A stretch of DNA of 41,293 nt from Candidatus Heimdallarchaeota archaeon (GTDB lineage: Archaea > Asgardarchaeota > Heimdallarchaeia > Heimdallarchaeales > Heimdallarchaeaceae). How positions within the stretch are numbered: the first letter of the stretch is position 1; each line of letters opens with the position of its first letter. Below the pieces are notes generated by a model. It did not search any database, was not told where the DNA came from, and was given only the letters and a program-made list of their open reading frames with translations. A program made the translations under genes and the position numbers. Below, one piece after another: positions 1 to 7,166 of the stretch. The stretch lies in assembly GCA_018238545.1 (NCBI GenBank), contig JABCTC010000030.1, positions 1 through 41,293 on the forward strand, written 5' to 3'.

Positions 1-89
1 ACCCAAGAATTACTAGCTTCTTCTTTAGCTCCTTTATCCTCTTCAGGTTTTATAGTATAAATTTGAACTTCATTTCCCACAGTTATCAT
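1..89 (-). CDS. 5' end of a possible gene running off the window (MITVGNEVQIYTIKPEEDKG...)
   Basis: ATG at 89 opens a frame to the window edge, divergent from 190..678; too short to assign. Confidence 0.35.
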   Translation of the reverse strand, partial: MITVGNEVQIYTIKPEEDKGAKEEASNSW

Positions 90-189
90 TTCAAAAATAT
101 TAGGTGATGTTTAAAAGATTACTCTTTTTAAATCATAACAAATTTTTTGTAAATCGTTAATCCTTATTAAGAATCAAGAGAGAATATGG

Positions 190-678
190 TTGGTGTATAA
201 ATTGCCAGATGATGTTTTTATTTTAGATAAAAGTGGACTACCATATTATAGCAAATGCTTTGGGGGAGAAACATGTAAAATGAGACCAGATCATTCTTTA
301 CAGACAGGATTTTTAGCAGCACTATATGCTTTTTCAAAAGAATCATATGGACAACAAGAAATTAGAACAGTAGTGTTCAATGACATGAAATTGCATTTCA
401 AAACTGATCAAGAAAAAGATATCATAGTTGTGTTTACGTCACCATTGAGTGAAAAAGAGGAAGTAGTTGAGGGACAAATGGATATGACTTTAAGAGCTTT
501 CCTCGAAAATCATAATGATGATATAGGTAGAGGATATGTTGATGCAGACAAATTTACAGGATTTGATCAAATATTACAAGACATAGGAGTAGTAAAAACA
601 AAACCTATGGGAATGATAAATCTAGGAGAAAAAGTGGGTTTGTGGAAGAGAATCTTTAGAAGATATAAACACAAATGA
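190..678 (+). CDS. longin-like domain protein (Asgard eukaryotic-signature type)
   Basis: FILDKSGLPYYS...LQTGFLAALYAFSKE...IRTVVFNDMKLHF matches the longin/roadblock-like strand-helix pattern. Confidence 0.65.
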   Translation: MVYKLPDDVFILDKSGLPYYSKCFGGETCKMRPDHSLQTGFLAALYAFSKESYGQQEIRTVVFNDMKLHFKTDQEKDIIVVFTSPLSEKEEVVEGQMDMTLRAFLENHNDDIGRGYVDADKFTGFDQILQDIGVVKTKPMGMINLGEKVGLWKRIFRRYKHK

Positions 679-822
679 TTTTTCACTTTTACACTTCCTT
701 AAACTTCTCTTCTGCAATTAGTAAAAATTCCAATCTTTCTTCTTCCTACTATATTTATTGACCATTGTAAATTTTTGGAAAATCTGCAAAATCCTTAAAA
801 ATTTGCTTGTCTTTAGTTTAAT

Positions 823-1353
823 GTGGTTCGAGTTCCAATTTTGATTTATACTCATTTCAAACTTTTTTTTCCTATAAGGAATAAAGATAGACATTTGAGT
901 TGTATACGGTGTGGAAGTGAGAAAACTAAAACAGGCTATATTGTTAAATTTGTAGTGTTTATCTTTTGTTTCTATATTCCTATTCCAATAGAGTTTACTC
1001 CTTATTATAAATGCAAAGAGTGTAAAATCAGATTCACTAGACAGAAAGCGCTGATAAATCGTTTAACACCAGGTGTATCCAATCTTCTTGGATGGTATAG
1101 ACCAGAAAACCAAGATATACTAAATGATTTTTCTTTATCTGAGCTCATAAGTGTATCTGAAGATAGCAGATTACCTCCAAGCGCAGTTTTGTATGTGAAG
1201 ACACTTGTAAAGTCTTTTGAAGAGAAAAATAAAATTAAAAGAGAGAAAGAAAATAAAGCAATTAGAATAGCCTGTCCTGAATGTGGTGCTCTAATCTGGA
1301 GTAATGACAGAAGATGTAATTATTGTGAAGCTATTCTACAGGATGACAATTAA
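823..1353 (+). CDS. zinc-ribbon protein
   Basis: CIRC...FCFYIPIP...CKEC and C-terminal CPEC...CNYC. Confidence 0.6.
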   Translation: MVRVPILIYTHFKLFFPIRNKDRHLSCIRCGSEKTKTGYIVKFVVFIFCFYIPIPIEFTPYYKCKECKIRFTRQKALINRLTPGVSNLLGWYRPENQDILNDFSLSELISVSEDSRLPPSAVLYVKTLVKSFEEKNKIKREKENKAIRIACPECGALIWSNDRRCNYCEAILQDDN

Positions 1354-1357
1354 AATT

Positions 1358-2104
1358 TCAAACATTAAACCATATATCTTCTGAGATACAGACAATTCCT
1401 GATTGCTTGATTAGTTTAGTTTCAGGATCTACAACAGACTTGGGTATCCATATAGGTTTGTCAGTAAATTCTTCAATGAGTGCTTGAAAAGCTTTCTCTG
1501 TTTTAATATCTGTCTTACCCTCTTGATAAACATAAAACTGTTGCCGTTTTATCATTAATGCTACCATGTGTTGGAAAATTTCTTTTATATTTTCTCCAGT
1601 TTTTGCAGATACCTCATAATAGGGCATTTGCTTCCCTAATTTATTATATACTGCATTCAGATATTTTGATATCTCTTCGGATGATACTACTTTTTCTTCT
1701 TTGAGGTCATTTTTATTTCCTATTAGTATCATTGAAATTTGTTGGTCATCCAATGCATTCCTAACCTCTTCCGCCCACTTTGGAAGTGCAAGAAAAGAAG
1801 CTTTATTTGATAAATCGAATATTAAAAATACTCCATATGAACCACCATAGAATATTGGTCTTTCATCTGAGAATCTATCATGTGCTGAAGTCTCCATAAT
1901 CTGAATTCTTACTTTGTAATCTTCTATGCGTTCCCGCAGAATAGTTTGAATTGTTAAATCAGTTGCCCCAAATCCGACCCCAATAGTTTGCGAATATTTT
2001 ACGTTGAATTCAAAAATGCCTGGGAAATATCTTTGGATTATTGACGTTTTTCCAGTCTTTGAATTCCCTACTACAACCGTTTTAAATAAGAAATCAAATA
2101 GCAT
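1358..2104 (-). CDS. Rab-like small GTPase with divergent G3 box
   Basis: G1 GNSKTGKT, TIGVGF switch I, G3 ETSAH (canonical DTAGQ), G4 NKND, G5 SAK. Confidence 0.9.
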   Translation of the reverse strand: MLFDFLFKTVVVGNSKTGKTSIIQRYFPGIFEFNVKYSQTIGVGFGATDLTIQTILRERIEDYKVRIQIMETSAHDRFSDERPIFYGGSYGVFLIFDLSNKASFLALPKWAEEVRNALDDQQISMILIGNKNDLKEEKVVSSEEISKYLNAVYNKLGKQMPYYEVSAKTGENIKEIFQHMVALMIKRQQFYVYQEGKTDIKTEKAFQALIEEFTDKPIWIPKSVVDPETKLIKQSGIVCISEDIWFNV

Positions 2105-2110
2105 GAAACA

Positions 2111-2773
2111 CTATATCCTCCCTTTCTTCTTGGATTTCATTTTTCTAGGCATAGAAGCAGCAGCTCCTGTCATGTCATCTCCTGGATCTTTAGGATAGGG
2201 AGTAAGCGCCAAACCGTCGCTACTACCATAGAAGCTACTTACAATCTTTAGTAATGTCTTGAATGCTTCATCAACGTTTTCTCCTGTTTTTGCAGAAGTT
2301 TCAATATAAGGAACAGAAAAGCCGGACCATTGCGATAGAGAACGGGCATATTCTTCAGATTGTTCTCGCATAATAGGATCTTTAGCTATCGCTCGAAGGT
2401 CACTTTTATTACCAATTAATACCATTGGAACAACTCTATTACTATTGTTCTTAAGAAGTTCTGCAATCCATGATGGAATATTTTCGAAACTAGAACGGTG
2501 AGAAATGTCAAAAACAAGAAGGCAACCAGAAGTTCCTCGATAGTAAACCTCACGGACTGCTGAGAAGCGTTGTTGGCCTTCTAAATCCCAAATCTGAGCA
2601 ACGAAATCTTGATAATTAATTTGAAGTCGTTGTACAGCAAAATCTGCTCCGATTGTCATGGAGTAGCCGTCTTTGAACCCTTCCCCTAGATAGTTCTTAC
2701 GCAAAGAAGTTTTACCAACATCTCCATCTCCCAACAAAGTTATTTTGAATATTTTCCTTTGACCCGCTGCCAT
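2111..2773 (-). CDS. Rab-like small GTPase with C-terminal tag
   Basis: G1 GDGDVGKT, TIGADF, WDLEGQQRF, YYRG, NKSD, ETSAK; close paralog of 15813..16379. Confidence 0.95.
   Translation of the reverse strand: MAAGQRKIFKITLLGDGDVGKTSLRKNYLGEGFKDGYSMTIGADFAVQRLQINYQDFVAQIWDLEGQQRFSAVREVYYRGTSGCLLVFDISHRSSFENIPSWIAELLKNNSNRVVPMVLIGNKSDLRAIAKDPIMREQSEEYARSLSQWSGFSVPYIETSAKTGENVDEAFKTLLKIVSSFYGSSDGLALTPYPKDPGDDMTGAAASMPRKMKSKKKGRI
2141..2206 (-). repeat. shared C-terminal tag, copy 1 (LTPYPKDPGDDMTGAAASMPRK)
   Basis: 18 of 22 aa identical to copy 2 at 2838..2903. Confidence 0.9.
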
Positions 2774-2813
2774 TCTGTTTTTCCCTTCATGAAATGCTTA
2801 TCTATTGTTCTTC

Positions 2814-4250
2814 TTATTCTTCTTTTGTGTTCTTATATCTTCTAGCCATACCTGCTGCTGCACCCGTCATATCGTCACCAGGATCTTTAGGGAAAGGAGT
2901 GAGAGTTTTATCTGATGAGTGGAAACGACTTTTGATAGGAATAATTAATGTGCTGGGGGAATAGCGTTTAATGACTCTAAAAATTTCAGTTCTATTTTTT
3001 AGATGACGACACAAGTGAATGAAATCTGTGTGAAAAATTGAAAGATAAGAAAACCATTTTTTCTTCCAAAAAGACTTTTTTACCTTGTAAGTAATTATGA
3101 AAGGAATTTTGGTATAAAGCTTATAGGGCTCATGTTTAGAAATCAAAAAAAGTTGTACCATTTCAAGATTTTCAACGAATAATCCTGGTTGAATAATCCT
3201 TTCTTCAATTAATCTTGATTTAGTTCTAAAGAGTGTTCTAGCCGAAATATCATGTGTTTTTAATATATTATCAATACTAGGTTTCTTAAAATCCATTTCA
3301 CAGTTTCGTAAAAGATGAGTAACAGCTGATGAATCTTGATTAGGATAAGAAGTTTTCATGGATGAAATTAGTTGTCTATTTTTGGTGATTCTATACCTAA
3401 AGTTCTTTAAACTTTGAATTCCTTTTCCTATTCGTGAATAGGTTTTCCAGTTCAATACTCTTTGTGACTTAGGTGTATTATTCTCCCAATTTTCTATTGA
3501 TATTCCTTGAATCAATATTTCTGAATTAAAAATCAATCTCTTATCCTTTACATAATAATATTCTGAATCCTTTTCTTTTTCTTGTTTTATTCCATGGATA
3601 AATGTCGTTGTATCAATGAGTGATGATTTTTCAGGAAAAAGAAGGAAATAGTCAATTAGAACAGATTGATTATCTTTGTTTATTAATTTATTAATTGCAA
3701 AGAATTCGTGAAGATTTAAACGGGAATAATCTATGAAGCTTCCAAGATAAACTCTCTTCTTCTTTAGATTTTTGAGTAAAATACTAATTTCTTTTTCTGA
3801 AACTCCTAGTTTTTCTGCTAAATCTTTGAATAATGAGCTAGGATTATTACTGAGTTCTTTTATTATTTGCTTCTCTAAATCTGAGAAATGTAGACCTAAC
3901 ATTTTCGTAAAATAATCAAGAACATCTTCCAAAATCATCTCTCTTGCATAAATTAGATCATGAAATGCTTTTAATTCACTCCAAAAATTGTCAATCTCAG
4001 AAAATTCCCAGAATTCATTTCTGTCTAATTCGGAGTCATTGAAGAAGTATTTGACGAAGAAATCAGTAATATCTATTTTTAGATTTGAAGTGAACTTTGG
4101 GAAAAAATCACGAAAAATATTAGTAGTTCTAGCTTTCGAATATTGTTGTATGTTTAAAGAAAACTCATCTGGTGAAATCCTTCCTTCTAATAGGTCACTA
4201 ACTGGGGCAGGTTTCGTAGATGTTGAACTATCAAAGTTACTATCGTTCAT
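2814..4250 (-). CDS. winged-HTH (Lrp/AsnC-like) regulator with two HTH motifs
   Basis: LEKQIIKELSNNPSSLFKDLAEKLGVSEKEI and KPSIDNILKTHDISARTLFRTKSRLIEERII. Confidence 0.7.
   Translation of the reverse strand: MNDSNFDSSTSTKPAPVSDLLEGRISPDEFSLNIQQYSKARTTNIFRDFFPKFTSNLKIDITDFFVKYFFNDSELDRNEFWEFSEIDNFWSELKAFHDLIYAREMILEDVLDYFTKMLGLHFSDLEKQIIKELSNNPSSLFKDLAEKLGVSEKEISILLKNLKKKRVYLGSFIDYSRLNLHEFFAINKLINKDNQSVLIDYFLLFPEKSSLIDTTTFIHGIKQEKEKDSEYYYVKDKRLIFNSEILIQGISIENWENNTPKSQRVLNWKTYSRIGKGIQSLKNFRYRITKNRQLISSMKTSYPNQDSSAVTHLLRNCEMDFKKPSIDNILKTHDISARTLFRTKSRLIEERIIQPGLFVENLEMVQLFLISKHEPYKLYTKIPFIITYKVKKSFWKKKWFSYLSIFHTDFIHLCRHLKNRTEIFRVIKRYSPSTLIIPIKSRFHSSDKTLTPFPKDPGDDMTGAAAGMARRYKNTKEE
2838..2903 (-). 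repeat. shared C-terminal tag, copy 2 (LTPFPKDPGDDMTGAAAGMARR)
   Basis: 18 of 22 aa identical to copy 1. Confidence 0.9.
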
Positions 4251-4305
4251 TGACTATCCTACATTTATTAGAGAGTATGATATATAATGGTTCTTGTGAA
4301 CATAG

Positions 4306-4337
4306 TAACCATAGGTGTATAAACTAACCATAAGTGT
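4306..4337. promoter_or_regulatory. direct repeat TAACCATA(G/A)GTGT x2, candidate operator upstream of 2814..4250
   Basis: 4306-4318 and 4325-4337, 12 of 13 bases identical. Confidence 0.4.
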
Positions 4338-4343
4338 GGTGAT

Positions 4344-4481
4344 CTGCTTGAACTGTTTTTTTTCCTACAGGGAGCAAATTTGGGATCTTGCTCTGCCTGT
4401 TATTTAGCTGGTGGAGCTGGTGGATAAAGCTAAACAGCTAAGCAGTTTTTCCGACAAAGTGTAAATTTGGGGAATTACACT
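4344..4481 (-). ncRNA. candidate structured intergenic RNA element
   Basis: nested inverted repeats ctgctt/aagcag, acagg-gagcaa/ttgctc-cctgt, tttagct/agctaaa and agtgtaa/ttacact. Confidence 0.35.
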
Positions 4482-4490
4482 AATCCCATC

Positions 4491-5864
4491 TTATGGTGTG
4501 GTTGCAGTTGTGTTTCCATTTGATACGTGTTTGTATAGATATGATCCATTAGTGCCGTTACCGTTACCATTGGTTCCATATTCAGGAGCAACACCATTGG
4601 CCATTTTGACATCTCCGAATTTGTTATTCTTGAGTTTTTCATCAATACTTTCTAGTGTTTTATTAAGGATGAAATCTTCGTCAACTTTCCAGTATTTTGT
4701 AGCCATATTCATATTATCAAGCTGGAATGGATAATACATACCATGTTTTCCAAAGAAGTCTAATGAACAAATTTGATAATCTTTGAAAGTGTGCCAAATA
4801 ATATAATTTAGTTTGGTGTCTAAATAGGGAGGAATGGTGAATCTAAGGAATATGCCGTTATTTAAGAGCTCAAAGCCTGTTTGAAATGGTGGAGTTTCTT
4901 CATGTAGAAGTCTAAATAACTGAGCTTTATCCTTGTTTGGTACGTTCTTGATGATATATGCTCTAGAGACATGTTGTTCAAACAATTTTCTACTGAAATT
5001 CCATCTGGGGTTAGTGATAAGATGGTGTCTAACAACATTATAGTATTTACGACCAAAGTCTACTTTGATATGATGTTCATTACGTGTATCAAAGAACTCT
5101 CGTAGGTTTTCAAAGATGAGAGACTCTTTTTCAGTAAGGCTAATCTTCTTTCCTAGATGCATGTAGTGCTTTCTGTAGTGGTTGATCAAAGTGGTTTGTT
5201 TGGTTCTAATTCCTATGTCATCACCGTTCTTAAAGTGAGTTGTAAGATCCTGTAACAATAGATAATGTAGTGGCTCAAGGCTGTCAAGATTTACAGCTGA
5301 TGGAAGTCTAGGTAAATCTTCTGCCTTCTGCTTTCTACTTTCCCAGAAACCTACAATATCGTATATTTCAGGTTCTTTAGTGTATCTGGGTAAAGGTTCA
5401 GGCTTTCTAACTCTGTATCCTGTAGCTTTGTCAACCTCATAGCTGTCGCAGTATTCTTGTTCAACCAAATGATCAAGAAACTTCAAGAGTAAAGGTTTAG
5501 TTTCTTCAGGCATGTCGAAATTCGCTACCATACCAAATTTTTCTCCATAGAATCGATTGTAGCTTCTTATGTAGTCAAAAGAAGAAAATGCCATCTGAAG
5601 GAGAGTGTATTGGTGTAGTGAAGAAATATCGAAAGTTACTAAGAAACGAGTGAGTTGTAGTCTTTCAGGAACAAAGGAAGCTAAAGGTACAGAGAGTATG
5701 TCTCGCTTTTTGAGAGAGTTAACCCTTCGAATCAATGTCTGTGTAGATGTTCCCAATTTCTCAGCCATAGTGGAATATGGCTCTAACGGATAGTTCTGCA
5801 AAACCAATAAGATTTTTCTATCTAGCGGGTTTAATTGATCTATTTTTATGTCTGTTTTTTCCAT
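4491..5864 (-). CDS. Lrp/AsnC-family winged-HTH regulator, extended/duplicated architecture
   Basis: N-terminal LNPLDRKILLVLQNYPLEPYSTMAEKLGTSTQTLIRRVNSL, a RAM-like segment, and a second degenerate LEPLHYLLLQDL unit. Confidence 0.8.
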   Translation of the reverse strand: MEKTDIKIDQLNPLDRKILLVLQNYPLEPYSTMAEKLGTSTQTLIRRVNSLKKRDILSVPLASFVPERLQLTRFLVTFDISSLHQYTLLQMAFSSFDYIRSYNRFYGEKFGMVANFDMPEETKPLLLKFLDHLVEQEYCDSYEVDKATGYRVRKPEPLPRYTKEPEIYDIVGFWESRKQKAEDLPRLPSAVNLDSLEPLHYLLLQDLTTHFKNGDDIGIRTKQTTLINHYRKHYMHLGKKISLTEKESLIFENLREFFDTRNEHHIKVDFGRKYYNVVRHHLITNPRWNFSRKLFEQHVSRAYIIKNVPNKDKAQLFRLLHEETPPFQTGFELLNNGIFLRFTIPPYLDTKLNYIIWHTFKDYQICSLDFFGKHGMYYPFQLDNMNMATKYWKVDEDFILNKTLESIDEKLKNNKFGDVKMANGVAPEYGTNGNGNGTNGSYLYKHVSNGNTTATTP

Positions 5865-5884
5865 TTTTTTTGTTCTCCATAATT

Positions 5885-6215
5885 TTTCAGCTGGTGGGAG
5901 CTTATTTGTGGAGTTGAAATGGAGGTGATTTCCAGTATAACTGGATAGAATAGAAATCTAACAGAGACAAATGCGAGAGACGACTTGTTGAGACCCTGAT
6001 TTGGCTCTGAATTAGACTTCTCTTCTAGACCTCTAAATTGTTTTTACGGATTGTTTAGATCCGCGGTTTGACCCCTTGTCAGTAAGTTCAATTTTGCTAG
6101 TGGTAGCCAGAATTCCTCATGAAAAACCTGTAAGGACCTATGACCTCTCTAAGGCCCGTGGTTTTCCTTTCTCGCCGAGAAATGAGGAAAGGGGGTGGGG
6201 TTTTTCTGGCGATCG
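5885..6215 (-). ncRNA. candidate structured leader or ncRNA between the peptide gene and the regulator
   Basis: GC-richer than flanks; stems gccagaa/ttctggc (6106/6204), ttcctcat/atgaggaa (6113/6182), aaaacc/ggtttt, tttctc/gagaaa, cggat/atccg, tccag/ctgga. Confidence 0.45.
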
Positions 6216-6237
6216 TGATAGTTTTTATTTAAATGGT

Positions 6238-6546
6238 TTAAGTGTATATGCCACCTATTGGTTCATCAGGAAATCCACCTGTTGGATCCTTAAATAAACC
6301 GCCAATTGGCTCGTCTGGAAATCCGCCTGTTGGATCCTCTTTAAACAAACCACCTATTGGTTCGTCTGGAAATCCGCCTGTTGGATCTTCTCGTAGATCA
6401 AAGGTGTAATCAGTGCAATGCACTCCCTTATGATCTGACATTTCTATTACTAATTTCCCGGTAGGTGCGTTTAGAGCGATTGAGCTCGCAACAACAGCTA
6501 CGAAACTTATTACAAAGATAACCCCAAATATTTTTTTCGCTTTCAT
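6238..6546 (-). CDS. secreted tandem-repeat peptide precursor
   Basis: Sec-type signal peptide (MKAKK + hydrophobic + ALNA), short pro-region, three (E)DPTGGFPDEPIGG cores with synonymous differences; GGTGG SD-like site upstream. Confidence 0.85.
   Translation of the reverse strand: MKAKKIFGVIFVISFVAVVASSIALNAPTGKLVIEMSDHKGVHCTDYTFDLREDPTGGFPDEPIGGLFKEDPTGGFPDEPIGGLFKDPTGGFPDEPIGGIYT
6241..6390 (-). repeat. three coding tandem repeats of about 48-51 bp
   Basis: EDPTGGFPDEPIGGLFK / EDPTGGFPDEPIGGLFK / DPTGGFPDEPIGGIYT. Confidence 0.95.
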
Positions 6547-6593
6547 TTTGCTTTTCCACCAGCTAAATTGAGCTTGTCTAACGATTTCCAGCG

Positions 6594-6625
6594 TACTATT
6601 TAAGATTTGTTACAATTTTCCATTT
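6594..6625 (-). promoter_or_regulatory. putative archaeal promoter of the peptide gene
   Basis: minus-strand CTTAAATA TATA-like box about 50 nt upstream of the ATG, with A-rich sequence upstream. Confidence 0.4.
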
Positions 6626-6679
6626 TCTAGCCTTTTTTGGAAAATAATCACAAACACATGCCTTACCAAAGGCTCAACT

Positions 6680-6712
6680 CTTTATGTATTCCTTTATGTA
6701 TGACTTTATGTC
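6680..6712. promoter_or_regulatory. CTTTATGT x3 at 12-bp period, candidate operator array
   Basis: copies start at 6680, 6692 and 6704. Confidence 0.45.
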
Positions 6713-6906
6713 GGAAAAACGTTTTACTTAGATAAACGCTTGAAATGTAAGGCAACATGTGTTGCGGTTTACATATTGTCAGAACTAAGAGCTATATGCT
6801 AGCAATATGTGGGTAATACTGCACACAGAAATAATGCCCCTCCAAAAATATTTATTATGATTTTTGTTTGAAAAAAAAGAAAAAGGTTTTGTAATTGAAG
6901 CTTATT

Positions 6907-7068
6907 TCATTTGAATTTAGCATGCTTTTTCTTAAATACAATTACTACTGTACTAATTCCTAAGGATAGAATTATTCCAACCATTGAGATAGATGTTGGT
7001 TTAATGTACCCCTATTCTGATGCTTTAATAATATAATCAGCTAGAAATTTACTATGTGGAAATTCACT
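6907..7068 (-). pseudogene. 3' remnant of a paralog of serine hydrolase 8484..9662
   Basis: translates SEFPHSKFLADYIIKASE*GYIKPTSISMVGIILSLGISTVVIVFKKK, versus NEFPFREIVADYIIKASEEGYIESIAITLGSVILSLGISTVVIVSKKK. Confidence 0.85.
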
Positions 7069-7166
7069 TTACTTGATCTTAAACTGTTTTTTCTTTGACA
7101 TATTAACTATTGTGATAATGCTAAATGGTAGAATTATTGAAATCAGATAAATTGGTTCATAGCCTT

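Noticed and set aside
2141-2206. C-terminal tag as a 2A/StopGo peptide or as a homolog of the secreted core
   Set aside because: It lacks the DxExNPGP consensus, and similarity to the core (KDP-G) is too short to support homology.
6120-6170. Resemblance to the c-di-GMP-I riboswitch P2 (GGAAAACCACGGGCCUUA on the minus strand)
   Set aside because: The P1 stem with a GNRA tetraloop and the conserved junction are not evident; needs an Infernal search.
6076-6297. 73-aa plus-strand ORF
   Set aside because: It overlaps the peptide gene antisense and the structured region, with no protein-like features.
6241-6390. Repeats as a CRISPR array
   Set aside because: There are no unique spacers, the units are in-frame codon multiples with synonymous variation, and no cas genes are present.
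4402-6568. 14-bp inverted repeat as transposon ends
   Set aside because: No transposase or recombinase, no evident target-site duplication, and one copy overlaps the peptide gene's SD.
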